64,000 nt of DNA from Eledone cirrhosa (taxonomy: Eukaryota): NCBI GenBank assembly GCA_964016885.1, contig OZ024741.1, positions 170,562,001-170,626,000 on the forward strand. Direction: 5' to 3'. The notes under the pieces were generated by a model, which was not told the DNA's origin, searched no databases, and worked only from the letters and a program-made list of their open reading frames with translations. This document shows, in pieces, positions 50,035 through 62,949 of this stretch (position 1 is the stretch's first letter; every line of letters begins with the position of its first letter). The translations under genes were made by a program, and so were the position numbers.

Positions 50035-53000
50035 ATATATATATATATATATATAAAACGGTAGATGTCTGTGTGTGTGTGTATGATTTTTATGCATTTC
50101 CACATTTCTCTACCGATTTTGATGATTTTTTTTCCAATGTGCTCCAAATTTACCAGGGCAGGGCAACGCTTAATTACTTTTGCCAAAATTCTCCTGCTTC
50201 TATGAAAAAAAATCGGTAAAACTAAATACATGCTGTAACCCTCTCTCTAACACGCTTCATTCCTCTCACTACCCTCAATCTCCTTCGCAACTCTCTTTAA
50301 AATGTTACTGCCTCCGTCTCCATTACAGTTTAGAACAACGACAAATCTTCTCTCTCTATAATAGATCATTCACCCTCTTCGTTCGTCATACATCAAATAT
50401 CAAAATTTAAAAAGCCGATAACATTAAATACATACTGCTCTCTCAACGTTACATTTTATATCAAATAACAAATATTCAAAAGCAACAGATGAATTTATAA
50501 AACAACAAACGTAACAATAACGACGCTTAAGCGTTCATTTACTTGAATCTCAACAAAGACATTATATTTTATTGTTGTCCTTTTTGTAATTGTTCTTTCT
50601 TTGTTTTTCTCAATATGAGACAAAAAGTTAATGAGAAAACTTTTTAACGAACGTCCGATTTCGATGATTTATTTTCCAGTGTGCTCCAAAATAACGCCCT
50701 TGTTTACGTTCTTTTGTGCTATAACTCAGACAGACTTGGCTTACAGGTTTCACCTATTATTTGACGTGCATTCTTCATAGATCTTACTTAGTACTCACTT
50801 TCCACTTACTTACCGTTCAATTGAAAGTTTTGGCTACTTCCCTTTCATACTCCATTACCTGCATAAATATTTACGTGTTCGGTCCGGCTACAATATAGTA
50901 CTCACTTTAAACTAATTCAAAGTTCATTTGAAAATTTTCGCTACCAAACACATTCTTTGAATCTACGGTCATGCCACCCAAAAAAAGACCACGACTTAGT
51001 CGCCAAACTAAAGCTGCTTCTGCTGCCAAACGAAGAAGAGCTACAGAGTTGGCCTGGGGGGACTTCAGGGATGTGCTGCTCTGACGGCAAAGTGAAACTT
51101 CCTCCTCTACAGGAACCACCACAACCTTTGAAGTCTCTACTGACCAGTGCCACAGCGGAGTCAGAACACTTCCTTCGATGTTCCAGGAGATACAACGCTG
51201 CCTTCCAAATGACCTCTTTCGGAGCTAACATCATACGCGAGGACAGCTTCATGCCTACCTTTAAAGTTCAAGGACAAATTGACCACAGAATCGGTTCGCG
51301 ACTGCCCACGACAGACGGACAGCACCAATTCCTACAGCTATACTTTGTCACTGACTATTTGGACCAAGCGGAACGACGCGCTTCAATGTCGCCTGGCACA
51401 GACATGAAAATTCTGTTGCAATTCCAGAGAATGCTGCACGAAAACAACTACATTCGCAGTTTTAAATGCGCATTGGAGGCTGCTCCGTTGCCAAATTTTG
51501 CTGTTATAATCGACGCTGACAGGTAACCACCAGGCACCCACGCCAGACGTTTTAACACTCCCACGTGCAATGAAATAGCTGTGCTTCTTCATTGAGAACA
51601 GTACAATAAGCGGGACAACATACTTCAGTGTAGGGACAATAGTTTGCAACGGATCAGCGAGACGCATAGATCCTGCGACGCATTCCAATATCCCCTACTT
51701 TTCCCATTAGGTGACGACGGATACCACTTTGGAATTCCTTTGTGCAACAGCAACAAAACTGTTTCCTCTATGCAATTCTACACCTACCGATTCATGGTCC
51801 GCGAATGCTGCTTCAACCAACTCCACCGTGCAAGAGTACTCTTCAACCATCTTGCTGTAGGCGCGTGCGCAAAGATAGAATCTGAAAGGCTCTGCTACAT
51901 AAGGAACAATCAAGGACGCCTTCGTTCGGACAGCTACATTCACTTACGGGATGGAGTAAGGAATGACATTGATCCCGAGAACCTAGGAAAACATTTTATC
52001 CTTCCGTCGACCTTAATTGGGAGTCCCCGATACATGAGTGAATGCACAGAGGATGCTATGACGTACGTGCGTCTCTACGGCAGACCGGATCTCTTCATCG
52101 CTTCAACATGCAACCCTAAGTGGAATGAAATTACAGCGGAATTATTCCCCGGACAAAGGGCATCAGACAGACACGATCTTACGGCACGGGTCTTTCAGTT
52201 GAAGTTGACAAAACTTATTGAACTCCTAAAATCAGGTAAGGCCTTTGGACCTGTTAGGTGCTACGTATACACCGTTGAGTGGCAAAAGAGAGGCCTGCCA
52301 CACGCTCAGCTACTCATTTGGCTGATAACGAAAATCAAGGCAAGCAGCATTGACAGCATCATTTCAGCAGAAATACCTGACCCAAAATTGGACAGAGAAC
52401 TCCACAACATCGTCACGGCTCACATGGTTCATGGGCTACGCGGAAACGGTTTCAACATGAATTCTCCATGCATTAAAGAAAGAAGGTGTACCAAGAGGTA
52501 TCCTAGGCCATTCCTCCGAGAAACTCGGACAGGTGGCGACAGTTACCCATTATACCGCCGCAGGGAGCCAGCGGATGGAGGAATTGTTGCGAAAACACCA
52601 CATTACAAACGTCAACAACCGGTGCATTGTACCCTACTGCCCACTTCTGCTTAAATTGTTTAACGCCCACATTAACATTGAATACTGCCACTCCGTCAAA
52701 TCGATAAAGTACGTCTGCAAGTATATCAATAGGGGGTCCGATGCTGCGTCCTTTGGTCTTACAATGGAGAACAACCGAGACGAAGTAACTCGATACCAGG
52801 TCGGCCGATACATCAGCAGCAATGAAGCGTCTGGCGATTCTTCCACTTTGCAATACACCATAACTACCCCCCAATCAAACAGTTGGCGGTGCACCTTGAA
52901 AACGGTCAAAGAGTCTACTTCACCGCATCCACCGCTGCTGAGATAGCAGAGGAACCCAAGGACACCACACTTACGACATTTTTTAAGTTATGCCGAAACG

Positions 53001-55232
53001 TTCCCTTCGCCAAGATCATCTTCTACTCTCAGATGCCATCATACTACACATGGAACACAGACAACAGAATTTGGTTAAGAAGGGTGAAAGGACAACCCGT
53101 CGAGGGACATCCAGACATTAAAATGTCTCCTACCCTTGGGAGAGTGTACACCATTCATCCTAACCAACAGGAATGCTTTTATCTCCGCCTTCTACTGCAT
53201 GACGTCGTAGGACCGACATCTTTCGACGATCTGAAAACAATCAACGGAGAGCTTTGTACTTCATTCCGCGCAGCCTGCCTTAGACGGGGTCTACTGGAAT
53301 ATGGCGTTCAGTGGGATGCAACATTGGCGGAGGCAGCTACAATACGCTCAGCGCGAACTCTTCGGCAACTCTTTGCGGTGCTACTGCAGACATGCGAGTT
53401 AAGCGACCCTGCATCCTTATGGGACAAATACAAAGAGGACCTTTCCGATGACTACATACACCAAGGACAACTGCTACTCACTCATTCCGACGTACGACTC
53501 AGCGACGAATTCTTCAACAAAGCTCTTATTGACACCGAGGACAAAATCCTACCTGCCGGCGGAAATGACCTTCCATTCTATGGACTGCCAAAAGTTCAGC
53601 GAACGGGCTCCGACACACTTCCGACGGGCATAAATCAGGAAACTGCCTACGATGTCCACGCCTTCAAACTGTACATCAACGAAAACGAGCCGAAATTGTT
53701 GCAGAACAAACGGCAGGCGTATGACACAGTTTGCACTTCCATTCGTGAACGCACAGGAGGTATCTTCTTTTTGGACGCCCCAGGAGGAACTGGTAAAACA
53801 TTCTTCAATAAACTCCTCCTCGCCAAAGTGCGACAGCAGGAAGGAATCGCCCTGGCTGTGGCTTCTTCTTGCATTGCCGCAACTCTGCTGCCCGGAGGTA
53901 GGACAGCTCATTCCGCATTTAAACTGCTATTCAACACGACTTCAGACGACACAATAACCTGCAACATCACCAAGGACTCTGACAAAGCCGAAGTCTTGAG
54001 AAGATGCCACCTAATTGTGTGGGACGAATGCACAATGGCCCATAAAGGGTCCCTTGAGGCGTTAGACAGAACCCTACGAGACATCAGGGAATGCAACCGG
54101 CCGATGGGAGGAGTACCTCTACTGATGTCTGGCGATTTTCGACAAACTCTTCCAGTTGTTCCAAAAGCCACCAGGGGCGAGACTGTGGGGGCTTGCATTA
54201 AGTCATCTCCCCTGTGGAAGGAAGTGACAATCCTGACCCTCACAACAAACATGAGAGCCCAACTGCTCGGCGACCACTCAGCAGCCGACTTCTCAAAGAA
54301 CCCCTTAACAGTTGGTGACGGCACTGCACCTTCAGATGCAGCTGGAGAAATGGCAGTCTCATAAGTAGGCACCGTTGTCGACACTGTTGACGACCTCACA
54401 GCCTCTGTCTTTCCCGATATGGCGACCAACTACAAAAACACGAGTTGGCTATGCGATAGAGCCATATTAGCTCCCAAAAATGTCTCAGTTGCAAAAATCA
54501 ATTAGGACCTTCTGCAACGCATTCCTGGAAACCTCCGTACCTACAAATCTCTGGACAAAGTGGTGGACAAAGATGAGGTTGACGATTTTCCAACATAATT
54601 CCTCAATTCCTTGGACCTCTCTGGACTGCCACCTCATGAACTGCGCGTCAAAGTTGGGACTCCAGTCATGCTGTTGAGGAACCTGGAACCACCACGTCTC
54701 TGCAACGGAACACGGTTAGTGGTAAGAAACCTTCTGCCGCATGTAATTGAAGCGACAATTCTCATGGGCTGCGGCGCTGGAGAAAACGTCTTCATACCCA
54801 GAATACCATTAACTCCATCAGGTACGGAATGCCCCTGTACTCTGCGCCGACTTCAATTCCCCGTTAAACTTTGCTTCGCGATGTCAATCAACAAGTCTCA
54901 AGGGCAAACGCTATCAACAGCAGGCCTGCATTTAGCCCAGCTGTGCTTTTCACACGGCAAATTATACGTCGCATGCTCAAGAGTGGGATGCAAGCAGAAC
55001 TTATTCTTACTTGCGCCCAAAGGCAGAATAAAAAATGTGGTCTACATAGAGGTGTTCTATTCAGATCCACTGCAGTCTTGCCGGTCTGACATATAGTGAG
55101 TAGATGCTATTGTTGTATATTTTCAAACTTACCCGTATTTACTTTCAATGCCGCAGTATTCATAATTGAGTGGAATCATTAAAAGTACTTGAAAGCAATT
55201 AAACTCCGAGCAACGCCGGGCACTTCTGGTAG
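50035..55232 (+). mobile_element. Near full-length Helitron (autonomous type, now defective)
   Basis: 5' tatatataaaacggtagatgtctgtgtgtg resembles the local non-autonomous 5' ends. 3' hairpin ccgagcaacgccggg followed by GTAG|T. Rep-helicase ORF inside. Confidence 0.93.
50971..55096 (+). pseudogene. Helitron Rep (HUH) / Pif1 helicase, multiple stops and frameshifts
   Basis: CCSDGKVKLP; YNAAFQMTSFG; YGRPDLFI..TCNPKW; VEWQKRGLPHAQ (HUH altered to HAQ); KYVCKY; FLDAPGGTGKTF; IVWDEC; GDFRQTLP; [12 protein letters not shown]; [11 protein letters not shown]. Confidence 0.95.
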
Positions 55233-55295
55233 TATATATATATATATATATATATACATAATATAAGATCAAAAGATGGTTAAAAGAGTTCCATC

Positions 55296-55366
55296 TATTT
55301 TATTATGCGCATTTCAAAAACAAATATCATCATGGGATGATATTTGCGTTCTCATCAGATAAAATA
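55296..55366 (-). ncRNA. Minimal type I hammerhead, intact core
   Basis: Reverse complement reads tattttat CTGATGA gaacgcaaatatcatc-ccat-gatgatatttgttttt GAAA t-gcgc-a TA ataaaata. Confidence 0.85.
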
Positions 55367-55424
55367 GGGAGATTTAACACTTCACTGCTCGCATGTGTTT
55401 TTTAAGCTTCATATCATGTCTCCC

Positions 55425-55496
55425 TATTTTATCTGATGAGAACGCAAATATCATCCTATGATGAATATTTGTTTTTGAAATGCGCATAATAAAATA
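55425..55496 (+). ncRNA. Minimal type I hammerhead, intact core
   Basis: 8-bp stem I, CTGATGA at 55433, long stem II, GAAA at 55477, palindromic stem III TGCGCA. Predicted cleavage after 55488. Confidence 0.85.
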
Positions 55497-55617
55497 CATG
55501 GAACTCTTTTAACCATCTTTTGATCTTATATTATTTATACTCCAGTCCTATAAACTGTTGAGTGCTACTTATCCGATATTTGCATAGCTTTATTGTGATA
55601 CAATAAAACTCACCTCC

Positions 55618-55778
<161 letters not shown>

Positions 55779-55900
55779 GTGTATATATATATATAGGAGG
55801 AGGTTATAGTTCACTTGAAGCATTGTGTAATGAGGTATAATATTTCCTGACAGCATGGCTTGGCTAGATATTTAGAACGCTGGTTTGAGACCTTTATTTC

Positions 55901-55935
55901 CCTCTGAAGAAGAGATATTATCTCGAAAATTAAGG
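55901..55935 (+). ncRNA. Ultra-minimal hammerhead within a 250-bp (TA)n-flanked insert (55796-56050)
   Basis: cct CTGAAGA a gagat-att-atctc GAAA ATTA agg. Confidence 0.6.
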
Positions 55936-56607
55936 ACATTTAAATAAATTCAAGGTAAAGGACGAATTGTCAACAATATCTTTTACAATTGCATTCTGTT
56001 TTCTATGTCCATACCTGCATTGTTTTGGCTTTATTACACATATTCAAATGTATATATATATATATATATATATATGAAGTATTTCCGTAGGAAGGTCAAG
56101 GAAAAGAGAATGCTCTATGTAGGCTACATAGCTTTTTAGTTATGTAATAAAAAACATAAGATAATTATTTCATTTACCAGTGGTTTCTTGACGACAGATA
56201 TTTATGCCTGTCTTCATTCATCAGAAGAAAATGTATATATAAAGTAGTAATATGGATTTGAAAACAGAGTATAGGATAAATGAAAGTGAGGCTGAAATAA
56301 AATAAAGGGCAAAAATTGAGATTATATTTACAATTTCAAAGTCAAAACTTCCATAAGCAGTGGTCAGTTCATGAGAAGCAGTGAAGCAAGGTAAATAACT
56401 CTTATAACTCGTGCTAATGAGAATGGTTTGGAACAATGTTATCCAATACTGTGGCTGTTTGTCTCCATGTCAACTTTATGAAAGTAACAGACTTATTTGT
56501 ATTATATTAGATCTCTCCAGCATAGAAGATTTAATGAGATCAACATTTGCTGTTGATACTTAAATAGCCGACTATAATTCATTCATTAATATATTATTAA
56601 GAAAGTG

Positions 56608-56912
56608 GTCTGAGTTCAAATACGGGGTCGATAAAATAAAGTACCAGTAATGCACTGGGATAATTGCTGGCCTTGTACAAAAAAAAATAGAAACAATTAT
56701 TAAGAAAGTGGGAGTGTTTCAATTAAAATACAAATGATTGTTTCTACTTTTGGTACAAGGCCAGCAATTACTCAGTACATTACTGGTACTTTATTTTATC
56801 GACCCCGTAAGGATGAAAGGCAAAGTTAATCTTGGCGGGATTTGAACTCAGACCGTAAAGGGGCGTAACTATGCTGGAAAGCATGGTGTCCACCCTCTAC
56901 CGATACTGCCAA
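56608..56912. mobile_element. Tail-to-tail SINE family A pair (56608-56700 +, 56737-56912 -)
   Basis: Core and tail matches on opposite strands. Confidence 0.85.
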
Positions 56913-57002
56913 TTAAAATAAAAACAATACTGAGTATACATGCATCAGTTTCTTCCCCTTTTTATTTTCATCTATCTTCATATTTCCTCTTTTATCTCTC
57001 AT

Positions 57003-57045
57003 TCTATCTTCTGATGAGGGGCTAATCTCCGAAATGTTAGTAATT
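57003..57045 (+). ncRNA. Degenerate ultra-minimal hammerhead (family of 61937 and 25991)
   Basis: tctt CTGATGA gggg-ctaat-ctcc GAAA tgtt. Downstream tgctattttaagcattaa resembles 61982 tgctatttcaagcgttaa. Confidence 0.55.
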
Positions 57046-57209
57046 TTCTTGCTATTTTAAGCATTAAAACTAATATATATATATATAGATATACCATCAG
57101 TGTACTGCATCGTTTCCCTGTGAGGGTTTCTCGTTTGCTTTACTTTCTCTCTCTCACATACAGACACTCACACCAGACACACATAAACACACCCACACCC
57201 ATACACAAA

Positions 57210-57293
<84 letters not shown>

Positions 57294-57329
57294 TATATAT
57301 GTGCATGTGTGCAAATGACCAAAATAATA

Positions 57330-57432
57330 ATTGTTTCTACGTTAGGCACAAGGCCAGCAATTACACAGTGCATTACTGGTACTTTATTTTATCGACCCCG
57401 TAAGGATGAAAGGCAAAGTCAACCTCGGCGGG
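57330..57432 (-). mobile_element. SINE family A, 5'-truncated, flanked by an aaatgaccaaaataataat direct repeat (TSD-like)
   Basis: The direct repeat occurs at 57313 and 57433. Confidence 0.85.
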
Positions 57433-58169
57433 AAATGACCAAAATAATAATAATCGGGAAAATCTGGTAAAATACCCGTGGAGACATCTGCCGGAAAGCT
57501 AATTACATCTGTCCAAACTTTTCCGTTTTCATGGGTATTTTGTCCGCATTTTCAAGCATCATTTATAATGATCCACTATTATTATGTTCAATTTTGTTGG
57601 GACACACACTTTTCAAATTGAACCAATATATTAAAGGCACCTTTTTTTCTTTTTACTAACCAGTTTATATGGAAATGATGCTGTATTTAGTCTTAACTTT
57701 ATTAATAATGATTTAGAGAGAACTAAGTAATATTTACATGCCATTTATAACTATTAATATTAATACGAAGGTCGTCAATTTTCTGAATGTCAACTTTGGA
57801 TTAGACACAGTTCTACACAAACCATTCCATACATTGGGGTACAAATCTCTTATGTTAAAATTCCATCAAACTACCCCAGGTCACGAATGAAATCTCTAGT
57901 CTACAATAATCTCTAATATCTCTAAAAATAGGAAGCTTTTCCTCCCGTAATGCACAATATTATAAGAAGGCTTTATATAGATCTGGATACACAGGATAGA
58001 TTCGATTTAACCCAATTAAAACTGAAAAACAAATAATAATTTTAATAATAACAAAAAAATTAAACCTGATATTTGAATTAATAAAACTAAATAAAGACTA
58101 ACAAATAATTTTCATGATAATAATATCAATATTCGAAACACCAAGAATATCAAGTATAATAGAGGGTTC

Positions 58170-58500
58170 TCATTTTGGCACAAGGCCAACAATTACGCCA
58201 GTTCATTACTCGTGTTTTATTTTATCGACCCCATAAAATGCCATAACTATATGCTGCAAAGCATGGTGTTTGACGCTCTACCGACACTGCCAATCCGCCG
58301 CCCGCCCTATATAATGGTAATAATTGTTTCTACTTTTGGCACAAGGCCAGAAATTATCTCAGTAAATTACTGGTTCTTTATTTTATCGACACCGTAAGGA
58401 TGAAAGGCAAAATTAACCTCAGCGGGATTTGAACTCAGATCGTAAAGGGACGTAAATACGCTGGAAAGCATGTCCAACCCTCTACCGATACTGCCAATTC
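58170..58500 (-). mobile_element. Two SINE family A copies (58170-58290, 58320-58500)
   Basis: Reverse-complement matches. Confidence 0.85.
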
Positions 58501-59129
58501 ATGATTGTAACAACCACCATAATAAATTGAAATGCAGCGATCATTTATATCACCCTAACAGGTCTCCAATTATTTTAAAACTAAACATCATCTAAAGAAC
58601 ATTGATACTTTTGAATCCCTTAAATCTAAACCCAATGAATCGGTTAAAAGTAGAATTGGTCCTCCCTCTAATATTTCCCCATAATATAATTGTTGTGGCT
58701 TTAATTAAGTAAAGGAACAACTGCCATTTCTGAACCTCGTTTAATCCACAATTTAGACGTTAGGTGGAACACTTTTTCTAATATATAAACATTTATTTTT
58801 TGTTTATTTTTAGCTTATTGCCGGACGAATTTACAACTTCCGAAGATAGAGATATTTGTAGTAACCTTGTGTTACTTAATATTAGGTATTGGTTATTTAC
58901 CCGTAAGCTCATTATTTAAGCACTATATTGTAATTCATAGATATTTATATTTTTTGTCTAGTATTTTTTTTATTACTACCTGGAAGTACATGAGCTTATG
59001 CATTGTGAGTATATCCATGATTATAGTTGTATGTATATGTGTGAGTGTATAGGCATGTATATATATGTATATGTACTACCAATTGTGTTGTTATTTCTGT
59101 TTACCTTTTACATACATACATATATGTAT

Positions 59130-59177
<48 letters not shown>

Positions 59178-59178
<1 letters not shown>

Positions 59179-60470
59179 GCGGCGATGAATTAGTTTTGCG
59201 AGGTTTTTTATATGAAATCGTGTGTCGAAACAGATATTGTTATATTTGGGGAGGGTCATATTTGCGTAATATTGCCAGAATTAATAACAGAACACACTCA
59301 CTGTTTGGTTGGTTTTCGCTTCTCGCTGTCTTTTATATATATATATCTGCGATCTAACTTACTCGGTCCTCAATGTTGCCATTGACTGACCGGCGGTCAA
59401 AAATAATACAGATACAATATAGACAAACACATATATATATAGTTTACATAATTTACATAAATCTTTCGTTGCACATCTGCAACATCGTCAGTGGTGTTAT
59501 ATTCATTGTTCCTCCTGTTGTGTTGTATGTCTACGCCATTTTTTTTTGTTCAGTCTGTCTATATATTTATTTATTTATTTGCTTGTTTGTTTATCTTATT
59601 TTATTTTGTCTTCTTTGCGCATGCGTTTGCGTGTGTGTATAGTGTTATGTGTGATGTGTGACTAGTGTGTATAGTGTATAGTGTGAAAGGATAGACCAAC
59701 ACTGGGGGGAACTAAAAGGACGAAAAAACGGGTCAGTACTATACGAACATGCTAGACAACAACATGACGGTAACATAGACAACATAGAAATTAGAATAAT
59801 ATCTAAACATAGGAATGACCCAGCAGATAGGCAAATCAGAGAGGGCAGTGAAATAGAAATTAGAAGACCAAAGCTAAACAGAAAGAATGAGTGGAACAAC
59901 AACAACACCCAAACAAACAACACTGACCTAAGAGAAGTATAAATAAATAAGTAAATTAAATAAAATAAATAAAATAAGATAAATAAATACATACACAAGC
60001 ACATAAACACACACTAGTCACCCAGCAGACACAACACTATACACACTAGTCACACATCACACATAACACTATACACACACGCAAACGCATGCGCAAAGAA
60101 GACAAAATAAAATAAGATAAACAAACAAGCAAATAAATAAATAAATATATAGACAGACTGAACAAAAAAAAAATGGCGTAGACATACAACACAACAGGAG
60201 GAACAATGAATATAACACCACTGACGATGTTGCAGATGTGCAACGAAAGATTTATGTAAATTATGTAAACTATATATATATGTGTTTGTCTATATTGTAT
60301 CTGTATTATTTTTGACCGCCGGTCAGTCAATGGCAACATTGAGGACCGAGTAAGTTAGATCGCAGATATATATATATAAAAGACAGCGAGAAGCGAAAAC
60401 CAACCAAACAGTGAGTGTGTTCTGTTATTAATTCTGGCAATATTACGCAAATATGACCCTCCCCAAATAT

Positions 60471-60475
<5 letters not shown>
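59178..60475 (+). mobile_element. Short Naiad copy: inverted pseudo-LTR (59178-59680), GIY-YIG tail and sense pseudo-LTR; ~440-bp near-perfect hairpin arms with HHRs at 59455-59497 (-) and 60214-60258 (+)
   Basis: 59687-59940 is nearly identical to 32250-32505. The arms are reverse complements, and (TA)n lies on both sides. Confidence 0.9.
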
Positions 60476-60556
<81 letters not shown>

Positions 60557-60559
60557 GAG

Positions 60560-61915
60560 TCAAAAGTTATCAAAAGGATTGGTCGAAGTTTCTTGTAAAC
60601 ACAGTTAAATCTTTCATGGCGATGGGTAGGGGTGGGGTTGAACATGCCTGTAGAATAATGAGGGAGTGGGTGAAGCCGGCCAAGCGTTAAAGGTAAATTC
60701 TATACAGTAAATTCTAAGGAGTGTGGATGAAGTAGGTCTAGCTAGAAAGCAAGCGAAAATAGAATTATACAGGAATCTGAAAATGGGAAATTATAAAATT
60801 AAAAAGAACTAGTCTAAAACAGTTGCTATATTTTTAGCTGCTGTTGCGTTTTCAGCCAATTCTATATAGAATTCACGGGGTGGGGGTACTGACGTTACAA
60901 AAGCCCGAGATGGACTGCCTCAGGGTAAGCGAAAGAGGAAAAAGTAAAAGGCGGAGGAGAGGGAGTGGAAGGAAGTGAGAAGAAGAGATAAAGGGGGAAA
61001 AAAGAAAATAATTATATCTACCTATGTATACTGGGGTATCCTATATTTTATTCGGCAAGTGGGGAAAATAAATATGTTACAGCCATTGTCTACCCACCAG
61101 GCTCATGAGGGTGTTTGAAGGCAATGTAAGTCCTACGCAATCGGTGTTTACATGCGGTTACAAGTTCGTCTTTTTTGTTTGGGAGTTGGTCCTTCGTAAA
61201 CAGCATTTGTATCGTTTCCTCCGAGCATGAGTTACACAGACGGCGTCCTCGCAGGAAAGTAAGCTCAAATTAAGATGGTATGTGATGTTATTATCTTGGA
61301 GGTCCCAGATGTGGCCCGAAAGTGTAGTGGCATGTCGCCGGGCCAGGTTCCTGAACGTACGTCGGTGTTGGTAGAGCCGGATCTCAGAGTCACAGGGGGT
61401 TAATACTATATAGGCTTTGTTGGAGTTTTCCGTCCTCACGTTGCATTGGTAGATCACGTTACGTTCTCGGCATCTGTTGTTGAGGGGGCACGTAGATCTA
61501 TCAAGGCAGTTACACCTCCTAGTCAGCTCTTCACTATTGTCTAGGTTGTTTCTTCCGTAGGAGTTGTGTTTCTTGTTGTTGATGAGGCGATGTTTTGTGC
61601 GAAGTTGGGTGTAGTGTTGTAGGAGAGTTTGATAGTGTTTTTTGTTGATTATGTTGTGGTAGCGGTGTTTGTTGTGGGAAGTGTTTTTCGAGGAGTCTAA
61701 AGAAGATGTTCCCGATTGGTGATGCAACCTCAGAATTGTGGGGAGGGTTGAACCACGTTACGTGGCGTGAGCGGCGGCGTTGCCAGCTGGTTCTGCTACG
61801 GGAGCCTGGGTAAAATGAGATTTCCTCCCGAAAGCCGCTTCGCTTGAGGGCCTGGTTGTATCAAGGCGCATGTTCACCGAATATCTGCTCATTAGCGGAC
61901 AAATGAGATATGCGG
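60560..61915 (-). mobile_element. Hydra-type PLE 3' portion (thumb/linker and GIY-YIG), decayed
   Basis: ISHLSANEQIF...YNQALKRSGF...VTWFNPPHNSEV...FFRLLEKHFP; CNCLDRSTCPLNNRCRERNVIYQ...YI.LT...RLYQHRRTF...TTLSGHIWDLQ. Confidence 0.82.
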
Positions 61916-61936
61916 AGGGAGATGTTTCCCATCCTT

Positions 61937-61972
61937 TCTTCTGATGAAGGACTAGCGTCCGAAATGTCAAGA
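61937..61972 (+). ncRNA. Ultra-minimal hammerhead in a pseudo-LTR fragment (61920-62060) homologous to 25905-26030
   Basis: tctt CTGATGA a ggac-tagc-gtcc GAAA tGTC aaga. Confidence 0.75.
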
Positions 61973-62052
61973 CCCATTTCCTGCTATTTCAAGCGTTAAT
62001 GTAATATATACCTTTCATATACTGTACCCATTGTGTTGTTATTTCTGTTTAC

Positions 62053-62132
<80 letters not shown>

Positions 62133-62459
62133 TCAAATCCATTTACTACAACGGTGCTATACCAGCACCGACTTAATCACCGTGTGCCGATGAAAAGGAA
62201 GCAGAACATGTTTACTAAAAAATGAAAATACAGAACAATAGAGAAAGAGGGTAGACAATCTGGATGATCTAGGGGAGAGTATTTGATCGAAAAATGTGGG
62301 AACAAACGCTAAATAGGTAATATTTACGAGGGGTGTAGAAAAAATACATAGATTAAGACTGATTTTGGGGGAAACACTTTAATCACTTTCAAGGAAGCCA
62401 TTTCTTCAAAATGTACTTCGCGAGAAATCGGTACGTGTATTAAGTGTTTCATTATTATT

Positions 62460-62655
62460 GTGGCGATTGGCAGTATCGATAGAGAGTCGGACACCATGCT
62501 TTGCAACATAGAGTTACGGACCTTTACGGTCTGAGTTTAAATCCCGCCAAGGATAACTTTGCCTTTCATCCTTACGGGGTCGATAAAATAAAGTACCACG
62601 CACTGGAGTCGATTTAATCGACTTTGCCCTCCCCCAAAATTACTGGCCTTGTAAA
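62460..62655 (+). mobile_element. SINE family A, alternative tail variant
   Basis: A/B boxes and core. Tail as at 12148-12340. Confidence 0.88.
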
Positions 62656-62949
62656 TCATTATTGTTGTGGAGATTATTCAAGAGCCACCAGTTTTCCTCA
62701 TTGTATAATCTGCAGGCCTTGAGCCAATTTAAATATGGTCGAGATTTTTCTAGATCTTCCATCTCATAGAGAAGTCTCTGTCTTTCAGTTGCCATATTTT
62801 ATTCGCCCTTGATATGGGGCTCCTCGCTCTTTGACTACTTTTATGTAGTTTCTTTTTTGAGTAAACATTTTCTAGTTGACTTTCATCGACACATGTAGAA
62901 CAGTGAGTGTTGTTGTGAGTATGTGAATATATATATATAGAGAGAGAGA

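Noticed and set aside
52883-54364. Host PIF1 helicase gene
   Set aside because: It is intronless, fused to Helitron Rep motifs, disrupted, and bounded by Helitron termini.
60620-60930. HDV-like ribozyme downstream of the Hydra-type PLE (GGCCGGC on minus at about 60676-60682)
   Set aside because: No complementary P1 strand or nested pseudoknot could be assembled.
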